Shown here: in pieces, positions 50,601 to 63,800 of the stretch
How positions within the stretch are numbered: position 1 is the stretch's first letter
Layout: the number at the start of each line of letters is the position of its first letter
From: Auanema rhodensis
Lineage: Eukaryota; Animalia; Nematoda
NCBI GenBank assembly: GCA_964057225.1
Contig: OZ059896.1
Coordinates: 2,976,001 to 3,040,000 of the forward strand
Length of the DNA stretch: 64,000 bases
Direction: 5' to 3'
Notes under the pieces: generated by a model
The model's database searches: none
Told to the model about the DNA's origin: nothing
The model's input: only the letters and a program-made list of their open reading frames with translations
Program-made: the position numbers and the translations under genes

Positions 50601-53600
50601 TATCCTCGATTTTCACCCTGAAGAATTAATTTTTTCGTTGAATAACATTGTCCATCGTTTTTGCCTTGAAAAAAGGAATCTAAAAACATCTACTTTTTGC
50701 TAAATTATTCTCAAATTTTTCGAAAAAATTTTTGTCAAAATGTTTTTGGAAGCAATTTTGAGTGTACATGGAAACTCAACATACACTAATGCATCATTTT
50801 TCAAACGATCATAACTAATTTTTGTATTTAGCTTTTCTCAATGTAGTATAGTGCATTCGATGCGGATTTTTAAGCTGCGTCGATCTGTGTTATCAGATTT
50901 GCGCTAGCTTAAAAATGCACCGAGATATCAACTGATATAAGTTCACACTTATATCCTCGATTTTCACCCTGAAGAATTAATTTTTTCGTTGAATAACATT
51001 GTCCATCGTTTTTGCCTTGAAAAAAGGAATCTAAAAACATCTACTTTTTGCTAAATTATTTTGAAATTTTTCGAAAAAATTTTTGTCAAAATGTTTTTGG
51101 AAGCAATTTTGAGTGTACATGGAAACTCAACATACACTAATGCATCATTTTTCAAACGATCATAACTAATTTTTGTATTCAGCTTTTTTCAATGTAGTAT
51201 AGTGCATTCGATGCGGATTTTTATGCTGCGTCGATCTGTGTTATGAGATTTGCGCTAGCTTAAAAATGCACCGAGATATCAACTGATATAAGTTCACACT
51301 TATATCCTCGATTTTCACCCTGAAGAATTAATTTTTTCGTTGAATAACATTGTCCATCGTTTTTGCCTTGAAAGAAGGAATCTAAAAACATCTACTTTTT
51401 GCGAAATTATTTTGAAATTTTTCGAAAAAATTTTGTCAAAATGTTTTTGGAAGCAATGTTGAGTGTACATGGAAACTCAACATACACTAATGCATCATTT
51501 TTCAAACGATCATAACTAATTTTTGTATTTAGCTTTTCTCAATGTTATATAGTGCATTCGATGCGGATTTTTAAGCTGCGTCGATCTGTGTTATGAGATT
51601 TGCGCTAGCTTAAAAATGCACCGAGATATCAACTGATATAAGTTCACACTTATATCCTCGATTTTCACCCTGAAGAAATAATTTTTTCGTTGAATAACAT
51701 TGTCCATCGTTTTTGCCTTGAAAAAAGGAATCTAAAAACATCTACTTTTTGCTAAATTATTTTGAAATTTTTCGAAAAAATTTTTGTCAAAATGTTTTTG
51801 GAAGCAATTTTGAGTCTACATGGAAACTCAACATACACTAATGCATCATTTTTCAAACGATCATAACTAATTTTTGTATTAAGCGTTTCTCAATGTAGTA
51901 TAGTGCATTCGATGCGGATTTTTAAGCTGCGTCGATCTGTACTATCAGATTTGCGCTAGCTTGAAAATGCACCGAGATATCAACTGATATAAGTTCACAC
52001 CTATATCCTCGATTTTCACCCTGAAGAATTAATTTTTTCGTTAAATAACATTGTCTATCGTTTTTGCCTTGAAAAAAGGAATCTAAAAACATCTACTTTT
52101 TGCTAAATTATTTTGAAATTTTTCGAAAAAATTTTTGTCAAAATGTTTTTGGAAGCAATTTTGAGTGTACATGGAAACTCAACATACACTAATGCATCAT
52201 TTTTCAAACGATCATAACTAATTTTTGTATTTAGCTTTTCTCAATGTTATATAGTGCATTCGATGCGGATTTTTAAGCTGCGTCGATCTGTGTTATGAGA
52301 TTTGCGCTAGCTTAAAAATGCACCGAGATATCAACTGATATAAGTTCACACTTATATCCTCGATTTTCACCCTGAAGAATTAATTTTTTCGTTGAATAAC
52401 ATTGTCCATCGTTTTTGCCTTGAAAAAAGGAATCTAAAAACATCTACTTTTTGCTAAATTATTTTGAAATTTTTCGAAAAAATTTTTGTCAAAATGTTTT
52501 TGGAAGCAATTTTGAGTGTACATGGAAACTCAACATACACTAATGCATCATTTTTCAAACGATCATAACTAATTTTTGTATTCAGCTTTTTTCAATGTAG
52601 TATAGTGCATTCGATGCGGATTTTTATGCTGCGTCGATCGGTGTTATCAGATTTGCGCTAGCTTAAAAATGCACCGAGATATCAACTGATATAAGTTTAC
52701 ACTTATATCCTCGATTTTCACCCTGAAGAAATAATTTTTTCGTTGAATAACATTGTCCATCGTTTTTGCCTTGAAAAAAGGAATCTAAAAACATCTACTT
52801 TTTGCTAAATTATTTTGAAATTTTTCGAAAAAATTTTTGTCAAAATGTTTTTGGAAGCAATTTTGAGTGTACATGGAAACTCAACATACACTAATGCATC
52901 ATTTTTCAAACGATCATAACTAATTTTTGTATTTAGCTTTTCTCAATGTAATATAGTGCATTCGATGCGGATTTTTAAGCTGCGTCGATCTGTGTTATCA
53001 GATTTGCGCTAGCTTAAAAATGCACCGAGATATCAACTGATATAAGTTCACACTTATATCCTCGATTTTCACCCTGAAGAATTAATTTTTTCGTTGAATA
53101 ACATTGTCCATCGTTTTTGCCTTGAAAAAAGGAATCTAAAAACATCTACTTTTTGCTAAATTATTTTGAAATTTTTCGAAAAAATTTTTGTCAAAATGTT
53201 TTTGGAAGCAATTTTTAGTGTACATGGAAACTCAACATACACTAATGCATCATTTTTCAAACGATCATAACTAATTTTTGTATTAAGCGTTTCTCAATGT
53301 AGTATAGTGCATTCGATGCGGATTTTTAAGCTGCGTCGATCTGTACTATCAGATTTGCGCTAGCTTGAAAATGCACCGAGATATCCACTGATATAAGTTC
53401 ACACCTATATCCTCGATTTTCACCCTGAAGAATTAAATTTTTCGTTGAATAACATTGTCTATCGTTTTTGCCTTGAAAAAAGGAATCTAAAAACATCTAC
53501 TTTTTGCTAAATTATTTTGAAATTTTTCGAAAAAATTTTTGTCAAAATGTTTTTGGAAGCAATTTTGAGTGTACATGGAAACTCAACATACACTAATGCA

Positions 53601-55440
53601 TCATTTTTCAAACGATCATAACTAATTTTTGTATTAAGCGTTTCTCGATGTAGTATAGTGCATTCGATGCGGATTTTTAAGCTGCGTCGATCTGTACTAT
53701 CAGATTTGCGCTAGCTTGAAAATGCACCGAGATATCAACTGATATAAGTTCACACCTATATCCTCGATTTTCAAGCTGAAGAATTAAATTTTTCGTTGAA
53801 TAACATTGTCTATCGTTTTTGCCTTGAAAAAAGGAATCTAAAAACATTTACTTTTCGCTAAATTATTTTGAAATTTTTCGAAAAAATTTTTGTCAAAATG
53901 TTTTTGGAAGCAATTTTGAGTGTACATGGAAACTCAACATACACTAATGCATCATTTTTCAAACGATCATAACTAATTTTTGTATTCAGCTTTTCTCAAT
54001 GTAGCATAGTGCATTCGATGCGGATTTTTATGCTGCGTCGATCTGTGTTATCAGATTTGCGCTAGCTTAAAAATGCACCGAGATATCAACTGATATAAGT
54101 TCACACTTATATCCTCGATTTTCACCCTGAAGAAATAATTTTTTCGTTGAATAACATTGTCCATCGTTTTTGCCTTGAAAAAAGGAATCTAAAAACATCT
54201 ACTTTTTGCTAAATTATTTTGAAATTTTTCGAAAAAATTTTTGTCAAAATGTTTTTGGAAGCAATTTTGAGTCTACATGGAAACTCAACATACACTAATG
54301 CATCATTTTTCAAACGATCATAACTAATTTTTGTATTAAGCGTTTCTCAATGTAGTATAGTGCATTCGATGCGGATTTTTAAGCTGCGTCGATCTGTACT
54401 ATCAGATTTGCGCTAGCTTGAAAATGCACCGAGATATCAACTGATATAAGTTCACACCTATATCCTCGATTTTCACCCTGAAGAATTAATTTTTTCGTTA
54501 AATAACATTGTCTATCGTTTTTGCCTTGAAAAAAGGAATCTAAAAACATCTACTTTTTGCTAAATTATTTTGAAATTTTTCGAAAAAATTTTTGTCAAAA
54601 TGTTTTTGGAAGCAATTTTGAGTGTACATGGAAACTCAACATACACTAATGCATCATTTTTCAAACGATCATAACTAATTTTTGTATTTAGCTTTTCTCA
54701 ATGTTATATAGTGCATTCGATGCGGATTTTTAAGCTGCGTCGATCTGTGTTATGAGATTTGCGCTAGCTTAAAAATGCACCGAGATATCAACTGATATAA
54801 GTTCACACTTATATCCTCGATTTTCACCCTGAAGAATTAATTTTTTCGTTGAATAACATTGTCCATCGTTTTTGCCTTGAAAAAAGGAATCTAAAAACAT
54901 CTACTTTTTGCTAAATTATTCTCAAATTTTTCGAAAAAATTTTTGTCAAAATGTTTTTGGAAGCAATTTTGAGTGTACATGGAAACTCAACATACACTAA
55001 TGCATCATTTTTCAAACGATCATAACTAATTTTTGTATTTAGCTTTTCTCAATGTAGTATAGTGCATTCGATGCGGATTTTTAAGCTGCGTCGATCTGTG
55101 TTATCAGATTTGCGCTAGCTTAAAAATGCACCGAGATATCAACTGATATAAGTTCACACTTATATCCTCGATTTTCACCCTGAAGAATTAATTTTTTCGT
55201 TGAATAACATTGTCCATCGTTTTTGCCTTGAAAAAAGGAATCTAAAAACATCTACTTTTTGCTAAATTATTTTGAAATTTTTCGAAAAAATTTTTGTCAA
55301 AATGTTTTTGGAAGCAATTTTGAGTGTACATGGAAACTCAACATACACTAATGCATCATTTTTCAAACGATCATAACTAATTTTTGTATTCAGCTTTTTT
55401 CAATGTAGTATAGTGCATTCGATGCGGATTTTTATGCTGC
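41700..55440 (+). repeat. Right-hand variant domain with 3/4/6-mer HOR units and a block repeated at 12-monomer spacing
   Basis: GATCGGTG occurs at 41756/42809/44915/48425/52636 (3, 6, 10 and 12 monomers apart). The CTCGATG variant G is at 43820/45926/47330/49436/53647 (6, 4, 6 and 12 apart). TTTTTAGTG, TATCCACTG, CAAGCTGAAG and CTCAAATT are each offset by 4211 = 12x351-1. Confidence 0.88.
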
Positions 55441-57099
55441 GTCGATCTGTGTTATCAGATTTGCGCTAGCTTAAAAATGCACCGAGATATCAACTGATAT
55501 AAGTTTACACTTATATCCTCGATTTTCACCCTGAAGAAATAATTTTTTCGTTGAATAACATTGTCCATCGTTTTTGCCTTGAAAAAAGGAATCTAAAAAC
55601 ATCTACTTTTTGCTAAATTATTTTGAAATTTTTCGAAAAAATTTTTGTCAAAATGTTTTTGGAAGCAATTTTGAGTGTACATGGAAACTCAACATACACT
55701 AATGCATCATTTTTTAAACGATCATAACTAATTTTTGTATTTAGCGTTTCTCAATGTAGTATAGTGCATTCGATGCGGATTTTTAAGTTGCGTCGATCTG
55801 TACTATCAGATTTGCGCTAGCTTGAAAATGCACCGAGATATCAACTGATATAAGTTCACACCTATATCCTCGATTTTCACCCTGAAGAATTAATTTTTTC
55901 GTTGAATAACATTGTCCATCGTTTTTGCCTTGAAAAAAGGAATCTAAAAACATCTACTTTTTGCTAAATTATTTTGAAATTTTTCGAAAAAATTTTTGTC
56001 AAAATGTTTTTGGAAGCAATTTTGAGTGTACATGGAAACTCAACATACACTAATGCATCATTTTTCAAACGATCATAACTAATTTTTGTATTCAGCTTTT
56101 TTCAATGTAGTATAGTGCATTCGATGCGGATTTTTATGCTGCGTCGATCTGTGTTATCAGATTTGCGCTAGCTTAAAAATGCACCGAGATATCAACTGAT
56201 ATAAGTTCACACCTATATCCTCGATTTTCACCCTGAAGAAATAATTTTTTCGTTGAATAACATTGTCCATCGTTTTTGCCTTGAAAAAAGGAATCTAAAA
56301 ACATCTACTTTTTGCTAAATTATTTTGAAATTTTTCGAAAAAATTTTTGTCAAAATGTTTTTGGAAGCAATTTTGAGTGTACATGGAAACTCAACATACA
56401 CTAATGCATCATTTTTCAAACGATCATAACTAATTTTTGTATTTAGCTTTTCTCAATGTAGTATAGTGCATTCGATGCGGATTTTTAAGCTGCGTCGATC
56501 TGTGTTATCAGATTTGCGCTAGCTTAAAAATGCACCGAGATATCAACTGATATAAGTTCACACTTATATCCTCGATTTTCACCCTGAAGAATTAATTTTT
56601 TCGTTGAATAACATTGTCCATCGTTTTTGCCTTGAAAAAAGGAATCTAAAAACATCTACTTTTTGCTAAATTATTTTGAAATTTTTCGAAAAAATTTTTG
56701 TCAAAATGTTTTTGGAAGCAATTTTGAGTGTACATGGAAACTCAACATACACTAATGCATCATTTTTCAAAAGATCATAACTAATTTTTGTATTAAGCGT
56801 TTCTCAATGTAGTATAGTGCATTCGATGCGGATTATTAAGCTGCGTCGATCTGTACTATCAGATTTGCGCTAGCTTAAAAATGCACCGAGATATCAACTG
56901 ATATAAGTTCACACTTATATCCTCGATTTTCACCCTGAAGAATTAATTTTTTCGTTGAATAACATTGTCCATCGTTTTTGCCTTGAAAAAAGGAATCTAA
57001 AAACATCTACTTTTTGCTAAATTATTTTGAAATTTTTCGAAAAAATTTTTGTCAAAATGTTTTTGGAAGCAATTTTGAGTGTACATGGAAACTCAACAT

Positions 57100-60000
57100 A
57101 CACTAATGCATCATTTTTCAAACGATCATAACTTATTTTTGTATTAAGCGTTACTCAATGTAGTATAGTGCATTCGATGCGGATTTTTAAGCTGCGTCGA
57201 TCTGTACTATCAGATTTGCGCTAGCTCGAAAATGCACCGAGATATCAACTGATATAAGTTCACACTTATATCCTCGATTTTCACCCTGAAGAATTGATTT
57301 TTTCGTTGAATAACATTGTCCATCGTTTTTGCCTCGAAAAAAGGAATCTAAAAACATCTACTTTTTGCTAAATTATTTTGAAATTTTTCGAAAAAATTTT
57401 TGTCAAAATGTTTTTGGAAGCAATTTTGAGTGTACATGGAAACTCAACATACACTAATGCATCATTTTTCAAAAGATCATAACTAATTTTTGTATTAAGC
57501 GTTTCTCAATGTAGTATAGTGCATTCGATGCGGATTTTTCGTTGAATAACATTGTCTATCGTTTTTGCCTTGAAAAAAAGGAATCTAAAAACATCTACTT
57601 TTTGCTAAATTATTTTGAAATTTTTCGAAAAAATTTTTGTCAAAATGTTTTTGGAAGCAATTTTGAGTGTACATGGAAACTCAACATACACTAATGCATC
57701 ATTTTTCAAACGATCATAACTAATTTTTGTATTCAGCTTTTCTCAATGTAGTATAGTGCATTCGATGCGGATTTTTAAGCTGCGTCGATCTGTACTATCA
57801 GATTTGCGCTAGCTCGAAAATGCACCGAGATATCAACTGATATAAGTTCACACCTATATCCTCGATTTTCACCCTGAAGAATTAAATTTTTCGTTGAATA
57901 ACATTGTCTATCGTTTTTGCCTTGAAAAAAGGAATCTAAAAACATCTACTTTTTGCTAAATTATTTTGAAATTTTTCGAAAAAATTTTTGTCAAAATGTT
58001 TTTGGAAGCAATTTTGAGTGTACATGGAAACTCAACATACACTAATGCATCATTTTTCAAACGATCATAACTAATTTTTGTATTAAGCGTTTCTCAATGT
58101 AGTATAGTGCATTCGATGCGGATTTTTAAGCTGCGTCGATCTGTACTATCAGATTTGCGCTAGCTTGAAAATGCACCGAGATATCAACTGATATAAGTTC
58201 ACACCTATATCCTCGATTTTCACCCTGAAGAATTAAATTTTTCGTTGAATAACATTGTCTATCGTTTTTGCCTTGAAAAAAGGAATCTAAAAACATCTAC
58301 TTTTCGCTAAATTATTTTGAAATTTTTCGAAAAAATTTTTGTCAAAATGTTTTTGGAAGCAATTTTGAGTGTACATGGAAACTCAACATACACTAATGCA
58401 TCATTTTTCAAACGATCATAACTAATTTTTGTATTCAGCTTTTCTCAATGTAGTATAGTGCATTCGATGCGGATTTTTATGCTGCGTCGATCTGTGTTAT
58501 CAGATTTGCGCTAGCTTAAAAATGCACCGAGATATCAACTGATATAAGTTCACACTTATATCCTCGATTTTCACCCTGAAGAAATAATTTTTTCGTTGAA
58601 TAACATTGTCCATCGTTTTTGCCTTGAAAAAAGGAATCTAAAAACATCTACTTTTTGCTAAATTATTTTGAAATTTTTCGAAAAAATTTTTGTCAAAATG
58701 TTTTTGGAAGCAATTTTGAGTGTACATGGAAACTCAACATACACTAATGCATCATTTTTCAAACGATCATAACTTATTTTTGTATTAAGCGTTACTCAAT
58801 GTAGTATAGTGCATTCGATGCGGATTTTTAAGCTGCGTCGATCTGTACTATCAGATTTGCGCTAGCTCGAAAATGCACCGAGATATCAACTGATATAAGT
58901 TCACACTTATATCCTCGATTTTCACCCTGAAGAATTGATTTTTTCGTTGAATAACATTGTCCATCGTTTTTGCCTCGAAAAAAGGAATCTAAAAACATCT
59001 ACTTTTTGCTAAATTATTTTGAAATTTTTCGAAAAAATTTTTGTCAAAATGTTTTTGGAAGCAATTTTGAGTGTACATGGAAACTCAACATACACTAATG
59101 CATCATTTTTCAAAAGATCATAACTAATTTTTGTATTAAGCGTTTCTCAATGTAGTATAGTGCATTCGATGCGGATTTTTAAGCTGCGTCGATCTGTACT
59201 ATCAGATTTGCGCTAGCTTGAAAATGCACCGAGATATCAACTGATATAAGTTCACACCTATATCCTCGATTTTCACCCTGAAGAATTAAATTTTTCGTTG
59301 AATAACATTGTCTATCGTTTTTGCCTTGAAAAAAAGGAATCTAAAAACATCTACTTTTTGCTAAATTATTTTGAAATTTTTCGAAAAAATTTTTGTCAAA
59401 ATGTTTTTGGAAGCAATTTTGAGTGTACATGGAAACTCAACATACACTAATGCATCATTTTTCAAACGATCATAACTAATTTTTGTATTCAGCTTTTCTC
59501 AATGTAGTATAGTGCATTCGATGCGGATTTTTAAGCTGCGTCGATCTGTACTATCAGATTTGCGCTAGCTCGAAAATGCACCGAGATATCAACTGATATA
59601 AGTTCACACCTATATCCTCGATTTTCACCCTGAAGAATTAAATTTTTCGTTGAATAACATTGTCTATCGTTTTTGCCTTGAAAAAAGGAATCTAAAAACA
59701 TCTACTTTTTGCTAAATTATTTTGAAATTTTTCGAAAAAATTTTTGTCAAAATGTTTTTGGAAGCAATTTTGAGTGTACATGGAAACTCAACATACACTA
59801 ATGCATCATTTTTCAAACGATCATAACTAATTTTTGTATTAAGCGTTTCTCAATGTAGTATAGTGCATTCGATGCGGATTTTTAAGCTGCGTCGATCTGT
59901 ACTATCAGATTTGCGCTAGCTTGAAAATGCACCGAGATATCAACTGATATAAGTTCACACCTATATCCTCGATTTTCACCCTGAAGAATTAAATTTTTCG

Positions 60001-60400
60001 TTGAATAACATTGTCTATCGTTTTTGCCTTGAAAAAAGGAATCTAAAAACATCTACTTTTCGCTAAATTATTTTGAAATTTTTCGAAAAAATTTTTGTCA
60101 AAATGTTTTTGGAAGCAATTTTGAGTGTACATGGAAACTCAACATACACTAATGCATCATTTTTCAAACGATCATAACTAATTTTTGTATTCAGCTTTTC
60201 TCAATGTAGTATAGTGCATTCGATGCGGATTTTTATGCTGCGTCGATCTGTGTTATCAGATTTGCGCTAGCTTAAAAATGCACCGAGATATCAACTGATA
60301 TAAGTTCACACTTATATCCTCGATTTTCACCCTGAAGAAATAATTTTTTCGTTGAATAACATTGTCCATCGTTTTTGCCTTGAAAAAAGGAATCTAAAAA
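57100..60400 (+). repeat. 5-mer duplication whose first copy carries a 115-bp deletion
   Basis: GCGTTACTCAATG, GAATTGATT, CAAAAGATC and a +1 A run (GAAAAAAAGG) each occur twice. The offset 57531 to 59172 is 1641 = 5x351+1-115. Confidence 0.9.
57534..57540 (+). other. Deletion junction (115 bp lost, ATTTTT microhomology)
   Basis: The sequence reads GCGG-ATTTTT-CGTTGAATAAC. The intact sibling has ATTTTT at 59175-59180 and again at 59290-59295, 115 bp apart. Confidence 0.93.
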
Positions 60401-60899
60401 CATCTACTTTTTGCTAAATTATTTTGAAATTTTTCGAAAAAATTTTTGTCAAAATGTTTTTGGAAGCAATTTTGAGTGTACATGGAAACTCAACATACAC
60501 TAATGCATCATTTTTCAAACGATCATAACTAATTTTTGTATTAAGCGTTTCTCAATGTAGTATAGTGCATTCGATGCGGATTTTTAAGCTGCGTCGATCT
60601 GTACTATCAGATTTGCGCTAGCTTGAAAATGCACCGAGATATCAACTGATATAAGTTCACACCTATATCCTCGATTTTCACCCTGAAGAATTAATTTTTT
60701 CGTTAAATAACATTGTCTATCGTTTTTGCCTTGAAAAAAGGAATCTAAAAACATCTACTTTTTGCTAAATTATTTTGAAATTTTTCGAAAAAATTTTTGT
60801 CAAAATGTTTTTGGAAGCAATTTTGAGTGTACATGGAAACTCAACATACACTAATGCATCATTTTTCAAACGATCATAACTAATTTTTGTATTTAGCTT

Positions 60900-63800
60900 T
60901 TCTCAATGTTATATAGTGCATTCGATGCGGATTTTTAAGCTGCGTCGATCTGTGTTATGAGATTTGCGCTAGCTTAAAAATGCACCGAGATATCAACTGA
61001 TATAAGTTCACACTTATATCCTCGATTTTCACCCTGAAGAATTAATTTTTTCGTTGAATAACATTGTCCATCGTTTTTGCCTTGAAAAAAGGAATCTAAA
61101 AACATCTACTTTTTGCTAAATTATTTTGAAATTTTTCGAAAAAATTTTTGTCAAAATGTTTTTGGAAGCAATTTTGAGTGTACATGGAAACTCAACATAC
61201 ACTAATGCATCATTTTTCAAACGATCATAACTAATTTTTGTATTCAGCTTTTTTCAATGTAGTATAGTGCATTCGATGCGGATTTTTATGCTGCGTCGAT
61301 CTGTGTTATCAGATTTGCGCTAGCTTAAAAATGCACCGAGATATCAACTGATATAAGTTTACACTTATATCCTCGATTTTCACCCTGAAGAAATAATTTT
61401 TTCGTTGAATAACATTGTCCATCGTTTTTGCCTTGAAAAAAGGAATCTAAAAACATCTACTTTTTGCTAAATTATTTTGAAATTTTTCGAAAAAATTTTT
61501 GTCAAAATGTTTTTGGAAGCAATTTTGAGTGTACATGGAAACTCAACATACACTAATGCATCATTTTTCAAACGATCATAACTAATTTTTGTATTTAGCG
61601 TTTCTCAATGTAGTATAGTGCATTCGATGCGGATTTTTAAGTTGCGTCGATCTGTACTATCAGATTTGCGCTAGCTTGAAAATGCACCGAGATATCAACT
61701 GATATAAGTTCACACCTATATCCTCGATTTTCACCCTGAAGAATTAATTTTTTCGTTAAATAACATTGTCTATCGTTTTTGCCTTGAAAAAAGGAATCTA
61801 AAAACATCTACTTTTTGCTAAATTATTTTGAAATTTTTCGAAAAAATTTTTGTCAAAATGTTTTTGGAAGCAATTTTGAGTGTACATGGAAACTCAACAT
61901 ACACTAATGCATCATTTTTCAAACGATCATAACTAATTTTTGTATTTAGCTTTTCTCAATGTTATATAGTGCATTCGATGCGGATTTTTAAGCTGCGTCG
62001 ATCTGTGTTATCAGATTTGCGCTAGCTTAAAAATGCACCGAGATATCAACTGATATAAGTTCACACTTATATCCTCGATTTTCACCCTGAAGAATTAATT
62101 TTTTCGTTGAATAACATTGTCCATCGTTTTTGCCTTGAAAAAAGGAATCTAAAAACATCTACTTTTTGCTAAATTATTCTCAAATTTTTCGAAAAAATTT
62201 TTGTCAAAATGTTTTTGGAAGCAATTTTGAGTGTACATGGAAACTCAACATACACTAATGCATCATTTTTCAAACGATCATAACTAATTTTTGTATTTAG
62301 CTTTTCTCAATGTAGTATAGTGCATTCGATGCGGATTTTTTAGCTGTGTCGATCTGTGTTATCAGATTTGCGCTAGCTTAAAAATGCACCGAGATATCAA
62401 CTGATATAAGTTTACACTTATATCCTCGATTTTCACCCTGAAGAATTAATTTTTTCGTTGAATAACATTGTCCATCGTTTTTGCCTTGAAAAAAGGAATC
62501 TAAAAACATCTACTTTTTGCTAAATTATTTTGAAATTTTTCGAAAAAATTTTTGTCAAAATGTTTTTGGAAGCAATTTTGAGTGTACATGGAAACTCAAC
62601 ATACACTAATGCATCATTTTTCAAACGATCATAACTAATTTTTGTATTTAGCTTTTCTCAATGTTATATAGTGCATTCGATGCGGATTTTTAAGCTGCGT
62701 CGATCTGTGTTATGAGATTTGCGCTAGCTTAAAAATGCACCGAGATATCAACTGATATAAGTTCACACTTATATCCTCGATTTTCACCCTGAAGAATTAA
62801 TTTTTTCGTTGAATAACATTGTCCATCGTTTTTGCCTTGAAAAAAGGAATCTAAAAACATCTACTTTTTGCTAAATTATTTTGAAATTTTTCGAAAAAAT
62901 TTTTGTCAAAATGTTTTTGGAAGCAATTTTGAGTGTACATGGAAACTCAACATACACTAATGCATCATTTTTCAAACGATCATAACTAATTTTTGTATTC
63001 AGCTTTTTTCAATGTAGTATAGTGCATTCGATGCGGATTTTTATGCTGCGTCGATCTGTGTTATCAGATTTGCGCTAGCTTAAAAATGCACCGAGATATC
63101 AACTGATATAAGTTTACACTTATATCCTCGATTTTCACCCTGAAGAAATAATTTTTTCGTTGAATAACATTGTCCATCGTTTTTGCCTTGAAAAAAGGAA
63201 TCTAAAAACATCTACTTTTTGCTAAATTATTTTGAAATTTTTCGAAAAAATTTTTGTCAAAATGTTTTTGGAAGCAATTTTGAGTGTACATGGAAACTCA
63301 ACATACACTAATGCATCATTTTTCAAACGATCATAACTAATTTTTGTATTTAGCGTTTCTCAATGTAGTATAGTGCATTCGATGCGGATTTTTAAGTTGC
63401 GTCGATCTGTACTATCAGATTTGCGCTAGCTTGAAAATGCACCGAGATATCAACTGATATAAGTTCACACCTATATCCTCGATTTTCACCCTGAAGAATT
63501 AATTTTTTCGTTAAATAACATTGTCTATCGTTTTTGCCTTGAAAAAAGGAATCTAAAAACATCTACTTTTTGCTAAATTATTTTGAAATTTTTCGAAAAA
63601 ATTTTTGTCAAAATGTTTTTGGAAGCAATTTTGAGTGTACATGGAAACTCAACATACACTAATGCATCATTTTTCAAACGATCATAACTAATTTTTGTAT
63701 TTAGCTTTTCTCAATGTTATATAGTGCATTCGATGCGGATTTTTAAGCTGCGTCGATCTGTGTTATCAGATTTGCGCTAGCTTAAAAATGCACCGAGATA

